Assembly (NCBI GenBank): GCA_964187785.1
Contig: OZ076409.1
Location: forward strand, 5,210,001 to 5,274,000
From: Amphiscolops sp. MND2022
Lineage: Eukaryota
Reading direction: 5' to 3'
DNA length: 64,000 nt
Shown: positions 1 to 13,379 of the stretch, piece after piece
How the letters are laid out: each line of letters opens with the position of its first letter
How positions within the stretch are numbered: the first letter of the stretch is position 1
Made by a program: the position numbers and the translations under genes
Notes under the pieces: generated by a model
Told to the model about the DNA's origin: nothing
Database searches by the model: none
The model's input: only the letters and a program-made list of their open reading frames with translations

Positions 1-313
1 AACAAACTAACATTTTTCAATTTTCTAGCTTTCAACTTGAATGTCTTTGGAAAAGAATTATGCTTTGAACCATTTGTGGAGCCGATTTGTTTTTTTTTTT
101 ATTGAGAAACTATGTCTCAAAAGTGACAATAAATGCAAATTTTGAAAATTTTTTATATCATATTCGAAATGTTTCTCAAAATGTCAAGTTCAGAACGAGC
201 AAGAAATTAAAAGAAGCATTCGATTTTTTTCCAAAATGTGTCGTTGCAGCGTCGTACGCGTAGTTTTCCAAATCTAACAACAAATTGTCCAGATTTAAAC
301 ATCTTCTTGCCGA

Positions 314-663
314 TTTTTAGTCGGCGCTTTTATTATTAAAAGAGCCCGACTATTACAGTCACTCGTTTTTTTCTTTATTTAAAGACAGACTCGAAGCGAC
401 GAACGTTAACGTTCAGTATGTTCAACTAAAGGAAACTAAACGAATACCCGGGAAACGCATCTAAGTTATTCCAAAGGGTCCCCCTTGGTTTTTTACTTTT
501 TAAACGTAGCCTACAAAACCGGATGAGTGTAAAGGGTCCCCCCTTTCGATTGTTTCGGCACTGTGTGACTTTTTCTTGAATTTTTTTGTCTCCAAAGGGT
601 CCCCCCTTCGATTTTATTTGAGCCTTAGATATAGCGCCGACTTGAGGCGTTCCCTTCTTGTTT
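314..663 (+). mobile_element. Non-autonomous Helentron/DINE-1-like (HINE-like) element, copy
   Basis: 5' TTTTT-AGTCGGCGCT followed by partial inverted repeat GAGCCCGACTA; central AAGGGTCCCCCTT repeats; 3' AGCGCCGACTT, short stem-loop and TTGTTT. The same architecture recurs throughout the window. Confidence 0.7.
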
Positions 664-2516
664 GATTTCTACTGTTCCATTCTTCCCCATTCTGTTGTTG
701 ATCTCGTTGGAACAAAAATTTCGTGTCTTTTAGTATAATTTGGTATAATGTTTCACTTTTGTTCTTCATTCGTTTTTTTTTGCAAAAACAAGTTTGAACG
801 TTTGTCAAAAAACAAAGCTTTTCGAAACAACTTTTTTTTATTGTTGACTTTTTGAGATCTTCATGCATATGAAGAGGCTTCCGTAGTTTCTCGTGAAAAC
901 GAATAGCTGGAAAGTGATTGGCCATTTTGGCTGAAACACTGTTAAAATTGTTAGAAAGTTGGAACGAATCCAGACAATTTTGTATCCCTTGATTTCAATC
1001 CAAAGCCTTCTTTGAGTATTTTTGTACGTAAGAGTTGAGTAAGTATTTTTGAGAGCAATTGATGTGAGATATATGTATCCACTTGAAATTGGACCACATC
1101 TTTTTCTCGAAACCAACTATAACATTTGCTGTATTCTATCGATTGAAATATCAACATGAGACAATTCACTGGTAGTAATGTAAGTTGCTAAATTGTATTA
1201 GTATGAGCTTGTTTTAAGTCGATAAAGTTCAAAATCATATCCTAATACATGTATGTTTAAAAAGTCCAATTTTACAGCGTATTTTTATACCATTTAAGGA
1301 TGATATGTAAATCAAAACATCAAGGGCTTCAGTTAAATCAAGAGAGTCGATTGCACATAAAATTTCTCTAAAATTTCAAGCAAAAGTTGACTAAAAGTGG
1401 GAAAAAGCTCAATTTTGACCTAATTTGGTTCAAAACGGCCTATCATATCTTCTACAATTTTCATCGCATAACCTTCAAATAAACATTTGTAAACTAGATA
1501 AAAATCTAAGAAACTTTCACTTATATCATTATTTAAAAAATCGCTGCTCTTTTAGAGATATTCGTTTTTGAGATTTGCCTTTTGTTGCTTTTAGAAATAT
1601 CACTACTGTATTCTTTCGTGTAGTCTAAATCAGAGTATGAATGTTCGCGAATATACAAGTTTCAATGGTCAACTAAAAGGTTGGCAGGTACTTTGCCGTC
1701 TATACGTAAATATGACCTTTAACGGTCTGAACTTATTACAATGAAACCCTGTCATATCATTTTTTGAGTTTCGGTTTTCAGCGGTAATTCAAGTAACTTG
1801 CCTTTTCTAGTAACTATTCTAGTATGATTATTCTAGTATATTCTAGTATAGGAACTAGTATGATATTCGTGATTAACGGATTTTCGGCATACGTGACGCG
1901 GGTAGTTTTTCAAAAAGAGTATGTGGATTCCTCGTCAAGGAAGGAACGTTTCACCAAAAAGTTTTTGCAGAATTTTGTTTGAAAAAGCTTCTAGTTTGGC
2001 TTGAAGTTTGAAGAACATGCATACTAGATTACCAAGAAAACGGAACTCATGAGAATTTTCAGGCTCTAAAAGTTTCAATTATTTGTCAACAAACGTATTA
2101 AACACATTTGAACGCTGCTGTCAAATTACCAATAAGACAACTTTGCTCGAAACTAGTGACATTTAGATTGAAAATGAGAACGAAATGATTGGTAAAAACT
2201 GATTTGTCTGAAAATCTGGGAAAAATGGTTGGTCTAAATTTTCTCTGAAAGATCGAATCTTTTTGGGTCAAAGCCGTAATCGCGTACTGAGAAGCTCCAT
2301 TTTGAAACATCGACAAAAACAAGTCAAATGTTTTTTTTTGCCAATATTACAATTTCTAAGGCGAAAATTTAGTGCGTTCCGTTTTTTTGGTTCACCTGTG
2401 TGTGTGATATGAAGTTACCTCAGTGACCAGTGCATAGTCAATCGCTCAATTTGACTAGACTATGAATCGAAAAGGTCCAAATTTGTTTTGCGTTCTTTCG
2501 TTTTGAACTTCTGAGC

Positions 2517-3056
2517 TGTATTGTCGGTAATCCAGTCGTCAGGCAACGGTAGAACTCAAGTCGTTTTCATTCCACAAAACAGATATAGCCTTGATTGGTC
2601 AAGTTTCTGAATAGAAAACTTTCAGCCTAAGTTCTTCAAACGCATCCAAGGGTCCGAAAGAGCCGTCCATCGCTCTTTCATTTTTTGAAAAGTATCACAC
2701 AAAACAGTTCCCCCTAGATTATTTCAGCATATTGAGGGTGTTCACATTTTTCCTAAAAACCACCCTAGAGCACAATTTTAAAAGTTAGCGCTTTCGAATC
2801 TTAAAAAGGGCGCTTCTTGGCCGTTTCCGGTTTATTTATTTTCAATACAGAGTTTTTTGGAGTGACCAGTAATGGCCGGGCATTTTTTTATTTCAAGTTT
2901 TTTTCCTTTGTGTTCTTTTGAATAAAGTAGATAATTTTGTTTACCTTTTTCCATTTTTTGACATATCTCGGTCAAAAACTATAGCTCACGAAAAGATAGG
3001 AAAATTGTTTCCATTATTACAGTGTCAAATTAAGGGATACCTTTTTGTGTCATTAA
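2517..3056. repeat. Duplicated block A, copy 1 (copy 2 at 3954-4493)
   Basis: Near-identical ~540 bp direct repeat from TGTATTGTCGGTAATCC to TGTGTCATTAA. Confidence 0.95.
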
Positions 3057-3272
3057 AGTGACTTGCTCAAGGTCACAAATGTCTGACTGCTCACCGTTGC
3101 TCTTTTTGTTTTTGCTTTTCTCCGCCAAATGCGTTATTTTTGTCATTGACCATACCACTAAGATAGGGATGAAGGACTTGCTTAAGGACCAACAATGGTG
3201 AGTTGAGAGAGATTCGAACCTGATACCGCCCCAGTACAGGCCGAATGCTCTAACCACTACGCCATGCTCCCC
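3055..3272 (-). mobile_element. tRNA-derived SINE, 3'-truncated copy
   Basis: Minus strand has A-box TGGCGTAGTGG and B-box GGTTCGAATC, then GTCCTTAAGCAAGTCCTT resembling the post-tRNA motif of many SINEs; truncated relative to the 6214-6598 copy. Confidence 0.7.
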
Positions 3273-3939
3273 TTGGTATAGGTTTAAGTTAGTATATTAG
3301 GCTTTAGAAAAGAAATTTTTGGACGTAAAGTGTTTAATGTTTTGTTTCATCAAAAGGATTCATTTGACTGAAAATAGAGAAATTTGTATGGTTCAACTTC
3401 GAAGACGGAAGGCATAAAAGAACACAAAAAGATCTTTTGGTTCAGAAAAAAATTTTCCCGTCTGAAAAAGTAAAAAAAAAACATCTTTATCACCTGATGG
3501 ATTCAATATTTTCCCTAAAAGGAAACATCCATCGGATGTTGAATAAACCTTGTTCTTAAATCTCGTTAACATTTCAGACAGTTCAGGTTTAAAAAATGAT
3601 ACCTATTTCTATCAAAAGTGGTCAAAAAACGTACGTCGAAAAGTTCGTTTTCGGCTCAATTCCTTTTTTCGAAGAAACTCGTTTGAACTTTTTTGTTGTT
3701 TTTTTGTCAGGTTAGATTGTTTCTTTTTCGACTCTAAATGTTTTTTCAAGATTATTTTCCATGACAAAAATGAATCAAAATGAGATGGCTTACATTTGAA
3801 TAGTATTTATCATCTATTGTACGGAAAATAAAATCCAGACAAAAACAAAAAAGTTCCTAATAATTCCTCACAAAATCATACCCAAAGAATAAATTTTTGT
3901 AGATCGTCTAATTCTAATAATACCGGATATTTCTTCGAG
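3055..3939. repeat. Duplicated block B, copy 1 (copy 2 at 6381-7263)
   Basis: Near-identical ~885 bp direct repeat; the ORF track also shows the paired ORFs 3550/6874 and 3030/6158. Confidence 0.95.
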
Positions 3940-3953
3940 GATTTGTCGGTACT

Positions 3954-4493
3954 TGTATTGTCGGTAATCCAGTCGTCAGGCAACGGTAGAACTCAAGTCG
4001 TTTTCATTCCACAAAACAGATATAGCCTTGATTGGTCAAGTTTCTGAATAGAAAACTTTCAGCCTAAGTTCTTCAAACGCATCCAAGGGTCCGAAAGAGC
4101 CGTCCATCGCTCTTTCATTTTTTGAAAAGTATCACACAAAACAGTTCCCCCTAGATTATTTCAGCATATTGAGGGTGTTCACATTTTTCCTAAAAACCAC
4201 CCTAGAGCACAATTTTAAAAGTTAGCGCTTTCGAATCTCAAAAAGGGCGCTTCTTGGCCGTTTCCGGTTTATTTATTTTCAATACAGAGTTTTTTGGAGT
4301 GACCAGTAATGGCCGGGCATTTTTTTATTTCAAGTTTTTTTCCTTTGTGTTCTTTTGAATAAAGTAGATAATTTTGTTTACCTTTTTCCATTTTTTGACA
4401 TATCTCGGTCAAAAACTATAGCTCACGAAAAGATAGAAAAATTGTTTCCATTATTACAGTGTCAAATTAAGGGATACCTTTTTGTGTCATTAA
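3954..4493. repeat. Duplicated block A, copy 2
   Basis: Matches 2517-3056. Confidence 0.95.
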
Positions 4494-6213
4494 CCAGTGG
4501 ATTTCGCTAACCTAATTTCAAAACTGTAATGGACTGATTTTTGTGGCACTCTTTAACATGTAATAAGCATTTCTTGGGATGCACTGAAAATGTCACAAGT
4601 CCCCAGTTTGGCACAGCATTTATATATTACGGGCGGAAACCTGGTTTTCTATCTTGCAGGCCTGCAAATGAGATCCTCAAATAGAAGAAATGGCAATAAT
4701 TACACAGTAATTCTCACTATCCTATTTTTTGTTCGTCGAAACTCCCAATTGTTCCCTACACCCGAGCAGCATAGCGGGAAAGTACGGTTGGCAATTGATT
4801 TGTTAATTTCTCCAATTGTCGAAAAAAGTCCTCGCAAATGTTTCGCTGTGTTTTTTTTCAACCCATTTTGGTTCGTGAAAACACCCTTAAAGCCAAAATA
4901 CTGAAATTTTTTCGAAGCCATGGAAGAATTCCTCCACAAAAGTTGCGTTTATATAGTTTAGGAATAAATTATGGTGCCATTTCGGTCGTTGCCATTTCAT
5001 GTTTAGACAATTTATTTTTCATACTTTTTCTCCAGGGAGAATTGTCTAGATCTTCCGGGTTACATGTACCCTAAAACTGAAAATCCAGTGTCTATTATCT
5101 GCATTTCCGGGTTACCCCTCAAGGGATGATCTTAGTAAAATCTTGGATCTAAGATCTTGCCATGGTACGCATTTTGCCATGATAAGATCTTATCAAGACA
5201 AGCATGTTTCCAAGAAAAGTCTTACTAAGAAGGGTGTGATTTTGAAACAAAGTACCATCAGAAAAAGTTGAATTAAAATTAGGAATAGTAAGAGGAAATA
5301 TAATCTAAGATTCACTCAATTCTAAAAACTTACTCAATCAATATAACCTTTACAATTGGAGGGACAATAACTCAATCTACAGACCAATTAAAATTGATTT
5401 TGAATCAGAATTAAAGATTTCACGATTTCGTTTCCGAATTTAAATTATCAAGAAAGAATGAAAAATGTATTTCGAAACTCTCTTTAAATCGCCACTTGAA
5501 AAACCACTTGAATAATTTATACTACTCCTATTTTCGGTGTTCAAATTTCGAGACTGCTCAACTTATCAAGATTTCGGCACACTGAGACTACTCTAATGTT
5601 TTGAGAACCACTTGGGTCTAACCACATTTTCAATGCATTGGTTCTAAACAAAAATGCATTAAACACGAAGTGACAGTTTAAAGTGGTTTCAAAGCCATGT
5701 TTAATCTTTCCTGTTCGAGTGATTTGAATTCACTTTTCAGGAAACGGCTGAAAATGAATACATGGCATGATTTTCTTGTAACTCGCAGCAAAACAAACCT
5801 TTTCACATATTCGCCCCCTTAAAATTGCCCTGAAAAATAATGTACATCAATTAAGGGTTTCCTGTTTCTCAGTCGATTTGTAAGTGCCAACATCCGAGGA
5901 GTGATTGATTCTTGCGACATTAGCGGAAAACGTGTCGAAATTAAGTAGTTTTACTCAATTGAGATCCCAACGTCTCCGTTAGAATCTCTACTTCACACTG
6001 TGAACAGTTTCTATGGAATTTTGGTTAACCCCAGAACGCATTTAAAGCACACATTCTTAGTTTTCTTGGACAAGATATTCAAAACGTCCCATAAAATTTT
6101 GCTTTCCAAAGGAAATCTTTGAGAGCGGTTTGTAAAGCTTCTTGACGTTCAGATTTTTCAACAGCAATTCTCTCGTTTTAACTGACATATTTGAAAATTA
6201 CTGTTATATACTT

Positions 6214-6598
6214 GGAGAGAGAGAGAGAGAGAGAAGTTAATTTCCCCATTACCGCGGGGTGGACGCCGAATAAGCAGTTCTGCTTTTCTAAGTCGGCGTC
6301 CTTTCGGATACCTTTGGCGACTTTGGTACCATATTTGCAGCCAAGTGGTCAAGTAATGGTGGACTTGAAGCTGTGGTTTCAAAGTGACTATCTCAAGGTG
6401 ACAAAGGTCTGACTGCTCACCGTTGCTCTTTTTGTTTTTGCTTTTCTCCGCCAAATGCGTTATTTTTGTCATTGACCATATCACTAAGATAGGGATGAAG
6501 GACTTGCTTAAGGACCAACAATGGTGAGTTGAGAGAGATTCGAACCTGATACCGCCCCAGTACAGGCCGAATGCTCTAACCACTACGCCATGCTCCCC
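6214..6598 (-). mobile_element. tRNA-derived SINE with (TC)n tail
   Basis: GGGGAGCATGGCGTAGTGGTTAGAGC...GGTTCGAATC head (Pol III A/B boxes), ~300 bp body and a (GA)n microsatellite at about 6215-6234 forming the 3' tail on the minus strand. Confidence 0.75.
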
Positions 6599-7263
6599 TT
6601 GGTATAGGTTTAAGTTAGTATATTAGGCTTTAGAAAAGAAATTTTTGGACGTAAAGTGTTTAATGTTTTGTTTCATCAAAAGGATTCATTTGACTGAAAA
6701 TAGAGAAATTTGTATGGTTCAACTTCGAAGACGGAAGGCATAAAAGAACACAAAAAGATCTTTTGGTTCAGAAAAAAATTTTCCCGACTGAAAAAGTAAA
6801 AAAAACATCTTTATCACCTGATGGATTCAATATTTTTCCTAAAAGGAAACATCCATCGGATGTTGAATAAACCTTGTTCTTAAATCTCGTTAACATTTCA
6901 GACAGTTCAGGTTCAAAAAATGATACCTATTTCTATCAAAAGTGGTCAAAAAACGTACGTCGAAAAGTGCGTTTTCGGCGCAATTCCTTTTTTCGAAGAA
7001 ACTCGTTTGAACTTTTTTGTTGTTTTTTTGTCAGGTTAGATTGTTTCTTTTTCGACTCTAAATGTTTTTTCAAGATTATTTTCCATGACAAAAATGAATC
7101 AAAATGAGATGGCTTACATTTGAATAGTATTTATCATCTATTGTACGGAAAATAAAATCCAGACAAAAACAAAAAAGTTCCTAATAATTCCTCACAAAAT
7201 CATACCCAAAGAATAAATTTTTGTAGATCGTCTAATTCTAATAATACCGGATATTTCTTCGAG
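6381..7263. repeat. Duplicated block B, copy 2
   Basis: Matches 3055-3939. Confidence 0.95.
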
Positions 7264-9489
7264 TATTTTTTTTGTCAAATCATGTTAAGATGATGGCTTT
7301 GTTTTGAAAAAAAATACGCCTGTGATCTCAGTCCTATCAGAAAATAATTTTTCACTCCGCTTTTTGAGACTTAAGCGGGGCGCTGACTTGAGACTTTACC
7401 GTCTTTTTATACCATTCACTTGAATAAACGTTCCTCTCCCCAAAACGAATGCTTGCTTCGATTTTGAAACAGTGAGAATATTGAGAAATTTCAAATAGAG
7501 AAAAATGATAGTTTTCGAATGTTGAACTTTTGATTTCCAAGTTCTTAGGTTTAAAACAAAGTTTAGTTACTATATAAGACTTAGTTTTTCTGAGTCCAAT
7601 TTTAATTTCATTGCAGTTTGAAGAAAGCTCTTGAAAGTTAGTGGAAAAATTTTAAGACGCTTCGTAACAAGATGCCAACATTACAGTCTTGCCCTGATTT
7701 ATTTAGGCACAAATTTGGGGAAAAAAAGACAGATAATTATAAAACTTTTTGCTTAACTCAAAACACTTCGTTCAAAAAAGTTCTGATTTCTAAGTATTTC
7801 TGATTTTCTAAGTCTACTAAATTATTCCGTTCAACTCTGTTGATATCCATACCCCCTGAAACATTCAAATTTTGTATCAAATTGCAAAAAACGTTCAAAA
7901 CTTTCATGATTTTTGGCAACTTTTGGGTTTTTTCTTTTCCCCATAACTCAAGTATCTGTATTGGCTAAGAACTTCGTTTTTTTTTGTCGTTGAATTCCGC
8001 GAAAGAACCTTTATCTTTTGGGTTTAAAAATAGAACTTTGCAAAACTTGGAAAAACGCCAATAACAGACAATTTTTCCTTTTCCATATACGAGATACGGG
8101 CGGAAAAAAATTCGGTAATGCGTATTGAGGAAATGAATTCAAGGTTGATTATGAAAGGGTTTATAGGAGTATGTAAGTAGTATAAGTGCGGCCTTGTAAA
8201 TGCCCCGCCCTCGTTATAAAATTCATTTTACTGCTGATGAAACTATGACAAAATACATTCCAAGAAAGAAGCAAAAATTACTTTTGTGAGATTAGACTAA
8301 GACCTTGATGAACTGAGAAACTCCAATAAAATTTCCAAGGCCCCTAAAGCAGATGTCATTTGGTGACATAATTCGGCTATCGGATTACGTAATTGACGCA
8401 TGACGTCAAGCCTGCTTTGCACACCCCGCCCGCCTTCAGAGGTTAATGGAGTCACGATTAGCATTCAGTTTCTAAGGTGACTGCAATTGTAGGAAAAAAT
8501 TACTATTCATATACTCTTTGAAATTGAAAGTTTCAGTTGTTTTGTCAAAAAAATTTTTACTCATCATTTGGTTTTTTAACCTACTTGAGAACACGTAGCG
8601 TTATGTACCCACTGATGTTATATAATGATTTTCATTCAAATCTTTTACTCAACGTTGTTCCAATAAAAGCGAGAAAAAATCATATAATTTTTTTCAATTT
8701 CAACCCTGTTTTTAGGGAAAAAAGTACATTCGAGAAAGAGACTTCAGTCTAATAGTACAGTTTGACTCTAGTTACAACATGCAATTCGCAAAAAGTAACA
8801 GAATAATACATTGTCCAAAACATCTAGAATTTTTTTGCGTGACTGAAAAATTTTCAAGCAATGAAAATGTTTTCACTTCTCTAGCAGCAAACTGTTCAAG
8901 TTCAACCTTCAATGGACAAAAATTACAGCCCACAATTTTTTCTGTCAAAGAGAAAGTTCTGAAATCTTTCAGAGATACTGATACAAGGGGGAAATTTAAG
9001 ATAATCTACACTTCAAAAATCTAGTGCTTGAGTAAAATGTTTAATGTTTTTCTTCTTCATTACCCCTATTTTACAAAAACTCTTTCTTGATTTTGGCAAA
9101 AACTTGACGTTCGAACTGTTTTTGCTTAACGTCTTAGAAATTGTCTTCGGACTTTTGTTGGTGATTCCAACTTCCTAAAAAGTAGAAAAACATGCTTTTG
9201 TTCATCGTCGCTGAATTTCCTGACGTTCAAATTTTGCGGCTGAAAAGTGTCCGTTCAACACAGAAATTTGAACAAATTTTACAATTTTGGTGCAAAAACT
9301 GAACTTTCTTTCGTGAAAAGAGTTCCATGCTAAATATGCCTTCAATGTCTTGGTTAAATATGTTAGGACGTTTTACAGTAGAAGCCTTACTTTCTTCAGA
9401 AGAGCTCTCGAAAATGTCACCTTAATTTCAGAATACCTGTATTTTTTCAACGTAACTTAACGGATCTTTTGGTGCCTAATTCAAGAGCT

Positions 9490-9834
9490 TTATGTACCTT
9501 ATGTAATCACCGTTAATCAAATAGCACGCTGAATATGAAGCTACTTTGAAACATATAATGTGAATGAAGTTTGTTTGAATTGAAATCGCGGTAAAATTTT
9601 TGAGGTCACAGCTGCTTCCAAAATTAGAACGGCATCTTAATGAAATCTTCAAATTTTCGCAGCTCGGAATTGCCGCCAAATTTAGGATGCATCCTATAGG
9701 CAGCTTAATAAATTTAAATTGAATCAGTGAAACTTTATTGCATGGAGGTTTCCTGGAGAATTCTATAAAATTATGAAAATTTAGCTTGGTAACCTACAAA
9801 CTCTTCTAAAAAGTTCAAGCAGTTTCAACACGGG
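9490..9834. mobile_element. Non-autonomous DNA element fragment (same family as 45498-46037)
   Basis: Shares GTACCTTATGTAATCACCGTTA...AAAAGTTCAAGCAGTT..CAAC..GGG with 45705-46037. Confidence 0.6.
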
Positions 9835-10088
9835 CATCCAATTTTTATCACATCAAAAAATTCAACAGTATTTTCTGTTTCCAAAATAAAGTGATTCAAA
9901 CATTGTGAATATCAATACAAGTACAAAATACTAAAATACAAATTACTTCTCAATTTGAGCTTTCATAAATTTTGTGGTTTTTCACAGATAAAAAAACTAT
10001 ATTGGTCAAAAATTGGTAAAAGCGAGGAACATTTGGCAAAATAAAAAAATCAGCATATAAATGAAACTTGCAACCAATTGTTCATGTA

Positions 10089-10461
10089 GGCTCTTTTCTG
10101 ACCGCCACCAAAATTTTTTGGGAAAATTAATGAAAATATTATAACAAAAAGCCTTGATTACAAACCAGAAAGCTTCAATTTTAATTTATTTCCGTGGTGA
10201 CAGTTTAGAAGCCAGATACAAACTTTGTTCACACTCTTTTTCGTTTTGAAATCACGCAGTCCTAATAAGAAGTTCAACAACTTCCTGTTTTGAGTCACAA
10301 AAAAGCAGTTGATACAAACATAATTTTAGTCAAAATGCGTGGAAAATGTTTTGTTCATACGAAAATTGTTCTAATAGACGTTAACTTGCTGTTATGGAAA
10401 AAAATAATTTAGGAAAATCACTCTCAAAAATTTTAGTGGTGGGGGGGGACAGAAAAGAGCC
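10089..10461. mobile_element. MITE with GG...CC ends and 8-bp TSD (Merlin-like signature)
   Basis: TIRs GGCTCTTTTCTG..CCACCAAAATTTTT / AAAAATTTT.GTGG..CAGAAAAGAGCC; flanks TTCATGTA / CTCATGTA; related copy at 24153-24552. Confidence 0.7.
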
Positions 10462-12173
10462 CTCATGTAAAAACTTGAGTCATAATTTGAAAATGTTCTA
10501 AAAGAAAACCGTCAAAGATTTCGGTGTTTTTTTTCAGTTCTTATTGGTCTTCTTTTATCTCATTTATTGGTAGTTTTATAAAATCTTGGCAAGATGATAA
10601 TTTTTCCCTATAAATATACTTCTTGTAAATCACTCACAGGTACCGTCCAATTTCTCCCCTTATACTGGCGGCTTTTTTGAAGTGCCAATCAAATGACTTT
10701 GTCTTTTTATGACGTAATATTCTCGGTTCACGAATCAAGTTAACATATTACTTAGTCTACAGAATCAAAGAGTTTAGAATTATCTCAAGACGAATCCGTT
10801 CTTCTGTTCTTCAAAAAATTGCTTTCTTTTTTCTATATTTCTGTAGCTTGCGGAACATTTTTTTATGATTCAATAAAAATAATCAAAATATTTATATGAC
10901 TTAATTCGTTCACCATTTTTTCTAAATCCAGAGGAAATATTCAGGTTGACGAGCTAGGTATTGTTTCATTTCGAAAAAAACCAAGAGCCTCAGTGCATTT
11001 TAATTAACCGTACAAAACAAATCTCGGTTCAAACTTGGGTTGCTTCCTTTTTCCCGTTGAAGTTCGACAATTGGTATTCCACTTCCCTGAAAACCGTCTT
11101 CATATTTTTCGGATGTAATGAATGGAAACGATAACAGAATGGAACCCCTGTTTGGTAATAAAATTTGGAACGCAGGATAATTTTGCAAAGTTCTCAAAAA
11201 CAACTTTTATGAAAAATTAGAGATACAAAAATTTCTCGGATTTTCATCTATTTTAGACGCCTTTACTTTAGGAACTTCTACCACCATTATGAGACAAGTT
11301 TGTAAAAAATGCTTCGTATTTGTAATAAATTTTGAAATCCATTTTCGGAGACTAAGTTTAGAGCAGAAGCTAGTCATAAAATATTTTTTCATATTGCTCT
11401 CATCATTGACTAATTACACTCAAAACGTTTGAGCCATCGTTTTTACATAAAAAATAGGAAACCTGGACTGCAATTCAATTTTTGATCCTAATGAATAGAT
11501 AGATGTCATGGGATCAAATCCTAAAACTTTGGTTTACACGAACCCAACAAATACGAATGTGAGTTATTGATATTATTGATTATTGATATTGTGAGTTATT
11601 GATATTAAGAAACTTTTCTGAAGCAAATTTCTGCTGATAATCAATAGGCTTAAAGATGTTAGCTGAAGAAAGGAGTGTTCCAAGCATTTTTATCATTAAG
11701 GGGTTCCATGCTTTCACACACGAATGGAAACATCGTTTGGAGTTATTTTTACTCACGGTGTGTACCAAAATTCTTGACTGGTTTCCACTTTTCTCTAATT
11801 ACGCTCAATGATCACAATCCGCAATTTCTGATTACACTATGCATCACAATCCGCGATGAACACGATGCACTGTTTGACTAGAATACGGTTCGCTCTCGTT
11901 TTACGGAAAATACACCTTACACTTGATGATAAATTCCACTTTTGCGGCATATGTATCGTAATGTCAACAGCTTTCTAAAGCAAACAAATTTTTTGTTTGC
12001 GGTTTTCATATACTGAACTATTGACAAAACAGCCGCTATTCCCCCCATTCTAATTGATTTGATAGAGTTTGAAACCGTGAGTACTCGAGGATAAAAATTT
12101 TAAGTTTCTATATCGAATTTATTATCATTTTCTGGGGCAACGTGTAGAACGGTTGAATATGTGCTGCATCCGA

Positions 12174-12633
12174 TTTTTAGTCGGCGCTTTTCTTGAAAAG
12201 AGCCGACTATAGTCAAGGCTTTTCGTCAGTGCTTTTTAATTTTTTTCGATACACTTGAAGTGACAAAAATAGTTCTACCAAAAAATCGACAAAATTTTAA
12301 GACTGCAAATTGTACCCGTTGGCCCAAGGAACTGAACCAAAAAGGTTTCCCACGTAACATACAATACCGGAAGAGACCAACGGGTCCCCCTTTTCAGTTT
12401 TTTCGGCATTGTGACATTTTTTTCGAAAAAAAATTCACCAAAGGGTCCCCTTTCAATTTTTTGATGTTTAGCAACAATGGGTGTTTAAAAATCCGAAAGG
12501 GCCCCCGACTCGCAACTTCGGTTTAACTTTTGGGTTTTTCGGGTACTGTAAAAGACTACTTGACACTTTGAAGTCCTTTTGCTATTGTCGAGCCATAGAT
12601 ATAGCGCTGACTTATGCCGGTCTCGACTTGTTT
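12174..12633 (+). mobile_element. HINE-like element, full copy
   Basis: TTTTTAGTCGGCGCTTTTCTTGAAAAGAGCCGACTA ... GATATAGCGCTGACTTATGCCGGTCTCGACTTGTTT. Confidence 0.7.
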
Positions 12634-12843
12634 CTTCTACAACTGGCAGCATAGACAATTTTGTCTAGTGCGGGACTAGAATCCATTGACCACTGCTTCA
12701 AAACCTTGTCACCAGTCATAGAAATCCGCGTTAACTGTCAGGACAATTGAAAATTTTTTCCACCAACACTTTTAAGTAGCTTTTGGCAAACAGTAATGGG
12801 AGAAAATCAAATTTCTTTGTTTTTAGAGAAAGCGAATTAGTAA

Positions 12844-12888
12844 CGGCGATAACATTGTTCGGCGATAACATTGTTCGGCGATAACATT
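12844..12888. repeat. 16-bp tandem repeat, about 3 copies
   Basis: CGGCGATAACATTGTT repeated. Confidence 0.85.
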
Positions 12889-13020
12889 CAATTATAATAC
12901 GATCTGTTTTTAAGAATTTTAAACAATTTTTGTCTGGCAGAAATTGGGGGTTCTAATCTATACAACGCCCCGGGGCACTCTAGTTTTTAAACTGAGTCCA
13001 GTTGTCTTAAAATTCAAATA

Positions 13021-13379
13021 CATCGTTTCCGCGTTGAGTGAAGCATATCAGATGTTAAGTGAATAGTCTCGGCTTCCGTTCCAAATTTTCAGCCAATCAC
13101 CGGCCACCAAACTAAAAGTGCTTTACAATCAGAAGTCAAGTGAACAATATCAACATCTAAGTGAGTTAGCGAATAAGAATCACCAACGACGCTTTCAAAT
13201 TGAACAAACGCTGACCAAAGAAAGCTACATGTACACAAAATCGAAAGCGTCATTCGCTTACACTTTCATTCAAGCTACCATTTCGTTCACATCATTTGAG
13301 ATTTGCTGTAGCAAGCTAGTCAATTTCTATTGGTTGTTCATTTAACATCTGATATGCTTCATTTAACGCGGAAACGGCG
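13021..13379. mobile_element. Tc1/mariner-type MITE
   Basis: ~45 bp imperfect TIRs (CGTTTCCGCGTT..GTGAAGCATATCAGATGTTAA / TTAACATCTGATATGCTTCA..AACGCGGAAACG) flanked by TA on both sides. Confidence 0.8.

Noticed and set aside
6520..6598. Functional tRNA gene
   Set aside because: A/B boxes are present but the cloverleaf is poor and it continues into a SINE-like body with a microsatellite tail.
8190..8440. GC-box (GCCCCGCCC) and CRE (TGACGTCA) cluster as a promoter
   Set aside because: No linked gene or TSS evidence; such motifs are common in repeats.
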